Shown here: one piece after another, positions 50,713 through 64,000 of the stretch
How the letters are laid out: each line of letters begins with the position of its first letter
How positions within the stretch are numbered: the stretch's first letter is position 1
Assembly: GCF_006345805.1 (NCBI RefSeq)
Contig: NC_043000.1
Location: forward strand, 39,184,001-39,248,000
Length of the DNA: 64,000 bases
Direction: 5' to 3'
DNA from: Octopus sinensis
Lineage: Eukaryota
Notes under the pieces: generated by a model
The model's input: only the letters and a program-made list of their open reading frames with translations
Told to the model about the DNA's origin: nothing
Database searches by the model: none
Made by a program: the position numbers and the translations under genes

Positions 50713-51224
50713 ATATATATATATGGAACTGAACACATAACTATGTGGTTGGCAAGCAAGTTTCTTTCCACACAACTCCGCCTGTACCTATGGTAAACGA
50801 CACTTAGAAAATGTGCCACGGTAGTGGAGTTTTGCAGCATTCGACAATACTTACGCTCAGATATTTAAGGTAGACGAATATTTTGATTAAACATATACAA
50901 AAAGACTGCAGTCACCTAGAATCTGTATGAAGTATTGTAATCTGTCTACTTTGTAAAAAGTTTGAAATTTCAAGAGATATTAAGCAAATTATTTTAAACG
51001 GTAAAACTCTCAAAGAAAAAAATCTGTAAACTGCTGACGGGGAAGTTGATGGCTACGTCAATCTGCGAATATCTTTCATTGATAAGGCCAAGGACGGCCT
51101 TGTCAATGACAGCGATATGAACACGAGTGCATTTATGCATCAGAAATCTATATGAATGAATCTCTTATTGTAAATAACACAGTGTTCTTTTTCGTAAAAC
51201 AACATCCATTTTAAATGTGAGGGA

Positions 51225-51454
51225 GATGCTTACCAACCACATGGTTCCGGATTCAGCCCAACTGTGTGGCACCTTGGGCAAGTGTCTTCTACTATATATA
51301 TATATTTTACATTTTTTTAATTTTAAATTTTTTAATTTTTTAATTTTAACTTTAATTTAAATATTTTAAATTTTGAATTTTATATATTATATATTTGTTA
51401 TTAATTAATTTTATTTCTATGTATTGGTTTATGATTTTCACTGTTTGATTTGCC

Positions 51455-51490
<36 letters not shown>

Positions 51491-51715
51491 TGTATGTATG
51501 TATGTATGTATGTTGCGTATGTGTTTTTCCCTCCAACTTGACAACCGATGCTGGTGTGTTTAGGTCCCCCTAACTTAGCGGTTCGGCAAAAAGAGACCGA
51601 TAGAATAAGTACTAGGCTTACAAAGAATAAGTCCTGGGGTCGATTTGATTCGACTAAGGGCGGTGCTCCAGCATGGCCACAGTCAAATGACTGAAACAAG
51701 TAAAAGAATAAAAGA
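51225..51715 (+). mobile_element. SINE family B fragments (head 51225-51295, 3' half about 51495-51715)
   Basis: Collinear with 14853-15295. Confidence 0.8.
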
Positions 51716-52859
51716 ATACTATTTCTATCGCAATTATTTTATAAACAACAGGTTTAAAACATCGCTTGGATAGAGAATACTCTTAGACTGCCAAAAATTT
51801 CTGCCATGATTACAGAAGCTGTGAGTTCGTGTCCCATGAGGAGCCTTAATATTTTTCCAAACGCGGGTGCTTTTCAATTAAATCGTCTTCAAATTATTAA
51901 TTATTGCGTTAGTTACTTCGAGTTCTAAAACAATTTTTTTTGACACTATTCGGAGTTTCTAAAAAAAAACTCTCTTAATGTAAACAAGATCCAATTTACG
52001 CTGGTATGAAGAAAACTTAAGTATTTATAACTTCTCTTGCTTCACAAGCACATGGTTCCAGGTTCAGCCCCAATGCGTGGCAAGTTTGGGCAAGTGTCTT
52101 TACTATAGCGTCGGAGAAAGAAAAAAAGGTGAAGGATTACTCTGGAATAGTGGTAGAACATCTACCCTGTCCTAAATTATGTGGATTCGTCTCCCATGAG
52201 CAGCCTTCGGTATTTTACATCCTATGGGGTTTTTAACCTGGTACTCAACGTGCTATTATTTATAACTTTATCTACTTTGAGCTCTATCGTTAATAAACTG
52301 CTTGTTCGTTCACCCGTTATACAGTAATTAGTCAGAGAGGGGAAGCAGTAAGTGAGAGGTGGAGTTAGAGAGAGAAAGAGAGGGAGAGGGGGAGGAGATA
52401 AGAAAGAAGAGAGGAAGAAGTTGAGAAAGGTGATTAATATTAATACACTTAGGCCAAATGCGTCACGTGGTCAGCTGAAGGTGGAGGCGAAGAACGAGGG
52501 AAAAGAGGGAGACAGGAGTGTTTAAGGAGGTGCGGTGGGTTGGGGGAAGGAATACTTATTACGCGGTTAAAAAGTTAGCTGAAGTGAAAAGCAGATAGCG
52601 AGGGGGAAGGAGGGAAAGAGATAGATAGAGAGAGGGAAATAGAGAGGAGGGAGAGAGAGACAGAGAGAGAGAAAGGGGCAGATAGCGTTGGTGGTGGTGT
52701 GCTGATAGTGAAAAGTTGTTTTTTTTTATTGAACTATGTTTTTTTTTATTGCGACTATGGCATACGCATACCTGCAACTATTTATCGTATGTGCTTACTT
52801 AAAAAAAAATTGATATTTGTTTATAAGAGAAATTTAGAAATATGTATATATTTATATAT

Positions 52860-52891
<32 letters not shown>

Positions 52892-52908
52892 TAATATATA
52901 TATTAATA

Positions 52909-53007
<99 letters not shown>

Positions 53008-53346
53008 TGGAAGCACTCCGTCGGTTACGACGACGAGAGTTCCGGTTGATTCGAATCAACGGAACAGCCTGCTCGTGAAATTAACGTGTAAGTGGCTGAG
53101 CACTCCACAGACACGTGTACCCTTAACGTAGTTCTCAGAGAGATTCAGCGTGACACAGAGAGTGACAAGGCCGGTCCTTTGAAATACAGGTACAACAGAA
53201 ACAGGAAGTAAGAGTGAGAGAAAGTTGTGGTGAAAGAGTACAGCAGGGATCACCACCATCCCCTGCCGGAGCCTCGTGGAGCTTTAGGTGTTTTCGCTCA
53301 ATAAACACTCACAACGCCCGGTCTGGGAATCGAAACCGCGATCCTA
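53008..53346 (-). mobile_element. SINE family C variant, A-box end replaced by a TA array
   Basis: CACTCACAACGCCCGGTCTGGGAATCGAAACCGCGATCC is the reverse complement of 1600-1645; different 3' body. Confidence 0.85.
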
Positions 53347-53486
53347 TATATATATATATATAATATATATATATTATATATTATATATATATATATATAA
53401 ATATACCGATAACATATATAAATATATATATATATATATTTATATATATAAATATATATATATATATAAATATGTATATATATATT

Positions 53487-53520
<34 letters not shown>

Positions 53521-53530
53521 AATGTGTATA

Positions 53531-53587
<57 letters not shown>

Positions 53588-53629
53588 GCACACAGACACT
53601 CATATATGTATGTGTACGTGTGAGTACAT

Positions 53630-53765
53630 ATATACGACGGCCTTCTGTCAGCTTCCGTCTACGAAATCCACTCACAAGGCTTTGGTCGGCCCGAAGCTAT
53701 AGTAGAAAACGATTGCCCAAACGTATCACGCATGAGACTGAACCCGGAACCCTGTGTTTGGAAAG
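53630..53765 (-). mobile_element. SINE family B head fragment
   Basis: CGACGGCCTTCTGTCAGCTTCCGTCTACGAAATCCACTCACAAGG. Confidence 0.75.
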
Positions 53766-54559
53766 CAAGAGACGCTATACTCCTTTAAAATATTTCATGC
53801 TTAAAGATGATGCTGCTGGGTAATAGTGTAACATATTACAATCGAAATTTTAGAATATTCTTTGGTAAGAAAAAGAAAAAAATGCTTTTAGTTGTAACAA
53901 ATCGGTCATTTGCAAAACTGTATTATATTGCAGAGCCAACCATTTTATCAATGATATTTCCGTTCTAATTTACATTCAAGCTACATGACTATTTGATATT
54001 TCATGCGCGCATGTTTGCTACTAGCTATGAAAGAAAAGATCTCCTTTGTCGATATTGTAAAGCGCCATTCTTCTGTTGTTTTGGATACTATTATCATATA
54101 TTCTTTTGAATTAAAAACGTTTATCTGGTTAAATATCGATATATTTATCACACTTTATTACGACAACATTAAATGAGGTTTTCATAATTAAAATATATCA
54201 TTGACCAAAACATGTTTCTTTTGACATCCGAAGAAGTTTCTCCAGTTATGCTTATTTTTTCACTCTTATTTATGAAATTTCACAAATTTGAAGCTTTAAA
54301 TGTTTGTTTTACTTAAATCATTTATTCATTAAAGGATCGCTATTTGCTGCATTAAAATGTGAAATTCCAAGAATTAAATGAAATTTATCAAAAGGCAAAT
54401 AGTTATATAATGCTTCTACTTCAGCTCATATATTTTCTGCTATACTATCTCGACCTAAATTACAAAGACGGCAGACGATATTAAAAAGCCCAACTGAATC
54501 TATGTCATGCAACTCGGGTTGAACTATCTCTAGATAAACCTTGTCTTAATATTCTAGCT

Positions 54560-55070
54560 GCTTGTGATAACACTCGAAGTGTGCATCTGGAAACAGTGTC
54601 TAGCTAAACGCATAACGTTAAGTGATAGCCATCGGTACAAGTGAAATATTTCGTTAATTCTCATGTTTGTCATAGCCATCATATCTTCGTCACATTCTCC
54701 TTTTAATTGGTTCGAGAAAATATCTTTACAGATGACATCTATTTTGGCACCAAAATAGTGAAATGCAATAGCTGTTTGATAATATTCTAAATATAGTCTC
54801 AATAATCCATGGTTAATGCAGGTATCTCGGAGAAACAACCCATTTGATTACATTCTACTTAGTCGGCAACCTCAAATTCTTGGGTTCGACACTGAATGTC
54901 GCAAATTTCACGGCCTCAGAGTCAATTCACGTTGTCGAAGGCTTGTAGCAAGATATCTCTCTATTCAAAATGATATACTGCTTGTTCAGATATTTCGTGG
55001 AACAAAGCATGAAACCTTCAGATTATTTTGTAAAAGAAGCAATTTTCACTTTCCCCTGACGTCATAAATA
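54560..55070 (-). mobile_element. Possible hAT transposase C-terminal remnant
   Basis: Minus frames give ILVPK*MSSVKIFS followed by ..MMAMTNMRIN, loosely like the hAT dimerisation motif P.SS..CER.FS...M.I; very degenerate. Confidence 0.3.
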
Positions 55071-55672
55071 TTTTTATTAACAAACTCCCCTCATCACTGT
55101 TATAATTTTGTCTCTGTTCATGTTATCTTGTAGATGAAATCTGAAAATAGGAAAAGAATCAGTCACCGATATGAAACTGCCAAATCGATTAATATGCCGT
55201 TTCTAAGTTTTTTATTCAGATGGTATGGTACAATTGTATAATTCATTCTGTAACTAATTCTAGTTTCCCACGCCTATCAAAGTACTTCACTATATATTTT
55301 CTTAGCAATCATCACTTCACTCTAGCGGCATATAATGCCACGTCTATGTTCCGTTCCACTGACGATAATCACGAGACCTAAGCATGTTTAGAGTTGTTAA
55401 AAACCAGTTCCTTCCTCAGAGGAAGAATTTACTTCCTTAGAAACAGAAGAGAACACACACAAACACACACACACGTGCATGAGAATACATACATAAAATA
55501 AAACAAACATACATACATACATACATATATACATACAAAATACCCCGTTGTTGATGTTGAAATTCCAGTGAAGGAGCCTTGGATTTATGTTAGAAACCAG
55601 ACTTTTATCTATTGGCAAGAAATAATAATGGAATAAAATTGAATGACATGCGTACATACATACATACATACA

Positions 55673-55703
<31 letters not shown>

Positions 55704-56443
55704 GTACATAATTAGCACAAGAAATATTGGTGGAGCCAATTTTAATGTTTCTATTAAAAATTCTACCAATTGCAAATATAAGAGAACTTAGTTTCCTGAG
55801 ACAACAAAGAAAATCCTATGCAGTCATAGATCGAAGTTGCCCTGGAAATGTAACCATCTCTTCCAATATCAGCGAGAAAGAGAGTAACTATGGACAAACG
55901 CTTTGAAACCTGCAAATATTCTGACTTGATTATAAATTTACATTCATACCAGTAATTATTGGTGCATTTGGCCATATTAGCGAATACAGAAGCCACTATC
56001 AGGAGAAGCTTCGATTTTCAAGCACAGAAAGAGAGCGGCTGACACGAACTTCTTTTGGATAAAATCTGTAAGTGGAACTGTAAAAATGTGCAAGACATTC
56101 CATTCCTGAAGTTCGATGTGTAATAATTATCGATGTTGATATCCAAAGTCCAATAGTGGAGCTTTTTGTTTCTTTGTTAAAAACTGTCACCGCCACCATC
56201 ATCCCCTCAAGAAACAATGCTACAAAATAAAAAGAAACGAAAGTCATACAGAAAAGACTCTGATGGGGTGAATCTTGTAACTGACTGTGCAATGCACACG
56301 AAACTGAGATGCTGTGAAGTTAGAAAAAAACTAATAGTGCTAAAGCGATTGATAAATGGTTGACGTCGAGGAGAGACATAAAGAGATAATACACAAATGA
56401 TACACAGAGTAACACACAGATACACACAAATACACGCAAGATG

Positions 56444-56672
56444 AGATAGATATGGCCACACAGGGCTGAACACAGAAAATAGACGAAATACAATGTAGTT
56501 TTTCTTTTCGAGGTGGGATGGGTGGGACACATAAAAGAAAAAGTCCAATCAATAGGGATCGTTGGGCTGTGTTATGTACAAAAAAGGAAAGACATATATA
56601 TAAAGTTCCCAAAAAGGTGGGGGAGGGGACGATATTGTTTACAGTTTAGGTGTAGCCTTGGAAAGAAAAACT
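56444..56672 (-). mobile_element. Diverged 3' UTR fragment of the Tx1-like LINE
   Basis: Shares GCCCTGTGTGGC, AAAAGAAAA.CTAC and TCCCTATTGAT blocks with 57172-57400; bordered by GATA repeats. Confidence 0.65.
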
Positions 56673-56673
56673 T

Positions 56674-56729
<56 letters not shown>

Positions 56730-56902
56730 GTAGGTAGGTAGGTAGGTAGGTAAGAAGGTAGGTAGGTAGGTAGGTAGGTAGGTAGGTAGGTAGGTAGGTA
56801 GGTAGATAAACAGATATATAGATAAAAAATAGGTATTTAGGTAGGTAGGCAAGTATGTATGTATGTATGTAGGTAGGTAAGTAGGTAGGTAGGCTGGCAG
56901 GC

Positions 56903-56938
<36 letters not shown>

Positions 56939-56974
56939 ATATATATATATATATATATAGATAGATAGATAGAT

Positions 56975-57011
<37 letters not shown>

Positions 57012-57080
57012 TAGATAGATAGACAGACAGACAGAGACAGACAGGCAGAGACAGGCAGACAGCCAGACACAGACAAACAT

Positions 57081-57154
<74 letters not shown>

Positions 57155-57171
57155 GGATAGATAGATAGATA

Positions 57172-58470
57172 TGTTTCTTTATTAGCCACACAGGGCTCCA
57201 CAAAGACGGGACAGATTATAAAGTAGAGCTTTTCTTTTTTGGGGGAAAAAAAGTGGGGTATGTTTTCTATCAAAAGGGGTCGTAAAAGGGAAAGAAGAAA
57301 AAAAGAAAAAGAGGAAAAGAAATAAAAGAAAAGAAAAAAGAAAAAAGAAGAAAAATAGGAAAAAAAGAAAAGAAAATCGATCAATAGGGATGGTGTATCA
57401 CACTGTCATTATGTAAGGTGTAAAGGGGGAATCAGATAAGGTTTATCCGTGGAAAGAAAAGCCTACGGAAAAGACCACGGTAACCTCGGCCAATATTGTT
57501 ACATGTTACCACATTTGTTTGCAAGTGGGTAACCCTCTGTTTTAAATATCCGGATTCATAGGATTATGCTCAAGGTGGCTTCGTCAGTCATACGTGCCAT
57601 CCTTGCTACATTCACCCATCTTTTTTTTAAACATTCGCTAGCTAAAACTTGCCTCTCTACTCTCACTTTCCTTTTCAAGTGATACTTGAAGAAGTTGATG
57701 AGAGATTGACCAGAGAGGAAAGTGTTCGTCTCCAATACTTTCAGACGCTTCCACCAAATACATTCTTTCGCCATAGCCACAAGCATGATGAAAATAGATC
57801 TTCCTTCCCGTTTGAAAGAAGGAAGCGTGACAATATTGACGATAGACTCGGCTGATAAACCGACTCGTCCCACACGTGACAGCAGTTGTTCGACATAAGC
57901 CCACAGGTCGGAAATTGTTGGCCACTGCAGAACGGTTTCGTCGCTCTGACCGCATCTCAGGCAGGTCGGCCCCGTGTTTCTCGAACCGTGTCTGTAGAGC
58001 TTACCCCAAACGGGTAGCGCTTCTCGGTAGCACTGCCAGGCCAGGGATCTCTGGGAGTTATCCATGGGCCCTGGCCCGAAAGTCGTCCTGAACAGGCGGG
58101 TCAGGTATTCCTCATTGACGTCCAGGTTCGCCCCGAGCTCGTCGTCGTACCTCTCTTCCACTAATCCCCTATAGAATGCTTGCATTATGTTGGAGTCACT
58201 CAAAGTGAACCCGGGACGGCAGAGTTGCTTGAGAGCAACGCGACACTCGCGGTGCCATTCGCCCTTCCTCGGCCTCTTTTTGATCCACGACTGCAGTTCA
58301 ATCATGGAGACGAGTTGCGGGAAAGCGTGCCTCACAAACGGTGACCACTCCTGTTTACCGTCGTCTACGTAGAGCCTGAGATGTCGCAGTCTCAGCGCGT
58401 GTCTGCGCATCATCAGCTACGGCATGCCCAGTCCTCCTTTTAACAGGTGTTGACAGCAAATGGATCACCT
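57172..58470 (-). mobile_element. L1/Tx1-like LINE, 5'-truncated (ORF2 C-terminus + 3' UTR)
   Basis: GGLGMP*L then ORF 57556-58413 with LAWQCYREALPV...CLRCGQSDETV (zf-RVT-like); AATAAA at the 3' end; (GATA)n on both sides. Confidence 0.85.
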
Positions 58471-58502
58471 GACCATCGGGACAGATAGACAGATAGATAG
58501 AC

Positions 58503-58580
<78 letters not shown>

Positions 58581-58784
58581 AATAGATAGATATATAGATA
58601 GAGACAGACAGTTAGATAGCCATTTGTTTCAGGAGTGATCATGCCCTATTTTGTCATTTCTTCGCTCAGTTTCATTTATTTCGCCGTTTCCGAAATTGCT
58701 ACAATGCAAAACCAGCCTCGAAATAAACTTTACGAAAAGAACTTGACACGGGCAAAGCACGCTATATTTAAGTGTTAGCGTTAA

Positions 58785-58828
<44 letters not shown>

Positions 58829-59524
58829 GGAGAGAGAGAGAGAGAGAGAGAAAATAAGGAGAATAAGCACCAGATAGCAAAAACAAAAACCGTAGCGGAA
58901 TTGTTTGACTAACCTCGCCAAATATATGCTCCAGTATGTTCACAATTGAATGACTTAGACAAATAAAAGATAATACACACACACACACACACATGCATAC
59001 ACACATACATACATACGTACTTACATAATTGTGAATTTTACGTCAAATATATTCATCTTTAAGCGTGTGTATGCATGTGTATATTTATAGCCATACATGT
59101 AAATATATATCATATTCATATTCGTGCTCTAATTTGCACGTGTTAAACTGTAAGAGTTATGTTGTGTGTGTGTGTGTAAACGATGTTATTCTTTGATTCA
59201 GCTTAAGTGTACAATATTAACTAAGAGACCCTCTCAAGAAGAAAATATACTGTTGACAAATAGTAGCTTTCTCATATTCATTGATATACGGAGAGAAAAG
59301 ATAAAATCTCATAAATTCATATAAGGAAGACTAATTAGAGAGGCAAGTCTTGTTAGACCCTTAACCGATGCGGTCACACCCACGCTATCTAGAAACGTGC
59401 AATTACTCATATCGATGTAAATATGTATGTACACACACACACACACACATGTATGCATTTATATATAGTTGACGAATAAAAACAAGAAAGAAATATATTT
59501 GAACGTGATATATTAGACAACATG

Positions 59525-59610
<86 letters not shown>

Positions 59611-59648
59611 AATCTATCTATCTACATACATACATACATACATACATA

Positions 59649-59931
59649 CATCACCGTGATCACCGTGACCGACCAGGCTATCAGATGTTGCTACACATCG
59701 CTGGTCACAATGCGTTTCGCATTGTTTTAGCCTTTAAATGACGCCACCCCGCTGGCTAAGCGATTAGGCCGACAGAAGAAAGAGTGAGAGAAAGTTGTGG
59801 CGAAAATGTACCTCGTGGAGTTTTAGATGTTTTTGTTCAATAAACACTCACAATGTCGGGACTGGGAATCGAAGCCACGATCCTACGACCGCGAGTCCGC
59901 TGCCCTAACCACTGGGTCATTGCGCCTCCAC
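59649..59931 (-). mobile_element. SINE family C
   Basis: Reverse complement of 1553-1835 with a small deletion. Confidence 0.85.
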
Positions 59932-59968
59932 ACACAGGCACACACACACATACACACACACACACACA

Positions 59969-60083
<115 letters not shown>

Positions 60084-60942
60084 ATATGCTGCCGTCTGTT
60101 TATCTGTGTGTATGTGTACATCACTAAAACTCGAGAAGTACCCAACCAATTTTATTCAAATTTTACACATGCATTACTCAGGGTCTATGGAGTGAGATGG
60201 GCCAAAAACATTTTCTGCTTTATACCTAATGTGAGCTCGGAACAATCCCTTACACTGCTTCTGTATTGTGTGTCTAAAGTGAAACAATGAAATTTCTGTT
60301 GTAACCTGATATAAAAGTTTCGTTTTTATATTATTTCACTTCCAATACTTTCGTTTTACTAGTTTCATCTTTATTAGTTTCACTATGTATGTTTGTATTT
60401 CTCAGTGATGGACAACTTTTCCTCAACTGCGGGTCGCATCATACCATTTACAAGTGCGAGATGGCCGCATGATAAAACACTTGTGCATGAAATATTATTT
60501 GCTCTCTTTACACTGAATTTTTTGCTGACCTTCTTCATTTTATTTGTCTTCGCATGAAATTAGTAACCTCGAAACCCGTCGATGGCTGCTCAACAACACG
60601 TCGAGGGCCACAGGATGCCCAGGCATTGTATATATATGGGAATAGTTTCACTATTAATATATATATATATACATGCTTGTATATATATATATATGTGTGT
60701 GTGTGTGTATGCATATGTGGATGTATGTATATATATATATGTATATGTCTATATATATATATATATTCTCATATATATATATATATATGTGTGCATATAC
60801 CTGTATGTGTAAATGTGTATATATGCATATATATATATAAATATTTATACATATATATATATATATCGATTTATATTTGTATATATATGCATACATATAT
60901 CTATGCATATATACATACATACATATATATGCACACACACAC

Positions 60943-60994
<52 letters not shown>

Positions 60995-61004
60995 GTATGT
61001 ATAT

Positions 61005-61445
61005 ACAGGTGCGGGCGTGGCTGGGTGCTAAGAAGCTTCCTTCCTAAACACATGGTTTCTTGTTCAGTCCCAGTGCGTGGCACCTTGGGCAAGTGTCTTT
61101 AACTATAGCCTTGGGCCGACCAAAGCCATATGAGTGGATGTGGTTGATGGAAACTAAAAGATGTTTGTTCTCTCTATATATATGTGTGTGCGTGTGTGTG
61201 TGTGTGTGTATGTGTGTGTGTTTGTGTATGTGTGTGTATTTGTATTAGTGCTTGGCCCCTCACCATCGCTAGTTTGAGAAGTGGTGTTGATGTATTTACG
61301 TCTCAGTTATCTAGCGGTTCAGCAGAGAGATCGATAGAGTAAGCACCAAGCTTAAAAAGGATAAGTCCAGTGGTCGATTCCTTTAACTAAAAGGCGGTAC
61401 TCCAGCATGGCCACACTCAAATGTCTGATGCCAGTAAAAGAGTAA
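61005..61445 (+). mobile_element. SINE family B, diverged full-length copy
   Basis: AGGTGCGGGCGTGGCTGGGTG head, GTGGCACCTTGGGCAAGTGTC, CAGCATGGCCACACTCAAATG 3' end. Confidence 0.8.
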
Positions 61446-61469
61446 AAGAAACGTGGGCAGAACTCGCAC

Positions 61470-61974
61470 AGGATGGTTGATGCAGGTCGTTGCTATGGTA
61501 ACGGAGCTAAAGCATGCAGAGTGAAATCACATGGCATAGATTGGGCTTACGCACTGTCGCGCTTGTGCATAAAGTTATAACGTTGTCGTTCACATCCGTA
61601 GGTTGTAGCAATGCTTGAAAGTAAAATGTGTAGAGTGTGGCCGCCTCAAAATGATCCGGCTTCAGCGGCAGAGGTTCTTTTTGATTGTGGGTGGAAGACG
61701 AAAACTCTTTTGAAAACAGTCATAGCAGGTGACACATCGTAGATTTATTGCAATCACTCCGCAATCAAGGCGCAGTCTTCGCCGTGGAATATCACAAGAC
61801 GTTAAGAAAATCCAAGAGAATGCGACAAGGCAGGCTGTTTGCCATCCCCAAAACGGGATTTCCAGGAATGCTTCCATCAATGGAAACGACGCTGGATAAA
61901 GCCTATGTCTTCGATAGAGATTAAACGCTGAATTCATGTGTTGTAGTTTTCTTTTTATAGCACCAGACCTCATA
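61470..61974 (+). mobile_element. Decayed mariner remnant with right TIR
   Basis: DVKKIQENATRQ...PKRDFQECFHQWKRRWIK; ends ...CAGACCTCATA, like mariner TACGAGG termini. Confidence 0.65.
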
Positions 61975-62209
61975 TAAATACAAATGTATATAGCTTGGTA
62001 AATTGCCAGTTAGAAAACAAATTAGCCACTTAACATTTTCTTTCATTTGTAATCATAAAACAGGATACATTAACATAATGAATAAGCATAATTCTTGTCA
62101 TGTTAAGTACTCTGTAGAAAAAGTTAATTGTACGCATTTTTCTATTTGAACTGACATTTCACCGCTTATGCCGTCGTTCACTGAATAAATATATTTCCCA
62201 CTTTCTCTT

Positions 62210-62370
62210 GTCTTTTACTTGTGTCAGTCATTGGAGGGCGATCATACTGGGGCACTATCTTGAGAAAACCGACTACCAGTACTTTTTTTAAAAGTGTGCT
62301 ACTTATTCTACCGGACACATAAACAAACCTTCACCGGTTATCAAACGGTGATGCAGGATAAACACAAAAG
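62210..62370 (-). mobile_element. Diverged SINE family B-related 3' half
   Basis: GCGATCATACTGGGGCAC...CCGGTTATCAAACGGTG. Confidence 0.5.
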
Positions 62371-62528
62371 CGCACATATACATAATACAAATACACATAT
62401 ATACATGTATATATAAATATTTATATAGATATACATATACATACATATATACACAAAAATAAATATATATATACAACATATATATATATATATATAATAT
62501 ATATATATATATATGTCTATATATATAT

Positions 62529-63146
62529 TTAAGTTAAGTTAATTTTTGGGCTCAAAAATCAAAAAGCAAGGCCATGTAGGGGGACATGGAGTTATGTACA
62601 GAGTAGTGTTCATGCAAAGAGTTCAGGCCATTTGTGGTCAAGGGAGACTTTGAACCGTCAGCATCTTCACTATCTCGTCCAGCAACTTATTCCACGGATC
62701 CGCAACCCGGACGGAGAAAGCCCTCTCCTTCGATTGAGAGGAAATCGTCGCAGATAGCCCTTTCTGAGTGACCCCGCAGCCGACGCTTTGGAGCAGGAGT
62801 GAAGAACAGCTCTTTCGAGAGGTTACACTTTCCGCTTATGATGTTGTGAGCAAGAATGAGATCACCACGGTGTCGTCGTTTTTCTAGAGAATAAAGGTCG
62901 AGCGTCTTCAGCCTTTCTTCATAAGACAAATGCTTGAGACCAAGAACCATGCGGGTAACCAGTTTCTGGACTCTTTCGAGATGCTGTATGTCTTTGAGGA
63001 GATAAGGAGAAGAGGCTTGAATCCCGTACTCCAATATGGGTCTCACCAGCGTGACATAGAGCGGTAGGAATATGGCTGCTGTGAGCATTCCGAATGACCG
63101 TCGAATCAAAAACAGAACTCCGCGTGCTTTGTTGGCAGCATGGACG
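62529..63146 (-). mobile_element. CR1/L2-group LINE 3' end (RT C-terminus, 3' UTR, (TTAAC)n tail)
   Basis: LYVTLVRPILEYG...SPYLLKDIQHLERVQK..TRMV.GLKHLSYEERLKTLDLYSLEKRRHRGDLI; TTAAGTTAAGTTAA at 62529. Confidence 0.9.
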
Positions 63147-63148
63147 CA

Positions 63149-63596
<448 letters not shown>

Positions 63597-63752
63597 ATCG
63601 GAGCAATCTCAAGATTAATCAGCCGAAATTGCTAAGATGATCTGGTTCTTGACTGATGACTGAGGGCTTCGAATGTCCCGTCCTGTGGTTCTTGTGTCGT
63701 CTCTGTGGTGTTTCATGTTCTTGTCCATGTCTGTAATTATTTTTACTGTTTA

Positions 63753-63796
<44 letters not shown>

Positions 63797-64000
63797 ATAT
63801 AACGATAATCTTTTCCCCCTTTTATTTGTTTACTTTTCGGTTTTTTATTTTTTCCTTTTTCTCTGTCTTCCCATTTTCGTCTATCACATGACAATCTGGT
63901 GTGCTTGTTTCAATGGTCTATCAATGTACACAGTACGTTTCTCTGCCCTAGGTGTCAGGAAGACACTCGGCAAGAAACAGAAACGGGATTGGAAGAATAT

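Noticed and set aside
63653-63685. CTGATGA followed by CGAAT
   Set aside because: No convincing stem II or stem I, and GAAA is absent

Overview
AT-rich, microsatellite-dense eukaryotic DNA made almost entirely of transposable-element debris. The SINE families and repeat landscape look like an octopus (cephalopod) genome; that is recognition from memory, not a search result. I find no intact protein-coding gene, rRNA, true tRNA or CRISPR array, and most ORFs in the supplied track are translated microsatellites or antisense frames of retroelements. The dominant component is more than 15 fragments of R4/Dong-type non-LTR retrotransposons (RT plus restriction-like endonuclease), stacked at (TAA)n arrays and including one near-full-length decayed copy (about 43.8-47.7 kb). 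Also present are a Penelope GIY-YIG remnant, Tc1/mariner elements, RTE, CR1/L2-like and Tx1-like LINE fragments, Helentron-type (DINE/HINE-like) elements, a Helitron helicase remnant and several tRNA-derived SINE families. The most interesting signal is a set of minimal hammerhead-ribozyme (HHR) motifs. One lies downstream of the Penelope endonuclease and has a compensatory A3-U8 core pair. The others belong to a tRNA-headed SINE whose 3' module is a minimal HHR; there are four damaged copies, two of them in an inverted arrangement like a Penelope pseudo-LTR. Other leads are a TAA-flanked non-coding mobile element, a Tx1-like element embedded in (GATA)n, a local 0.42-kb duplication and a few candidate plus-strand small exons.
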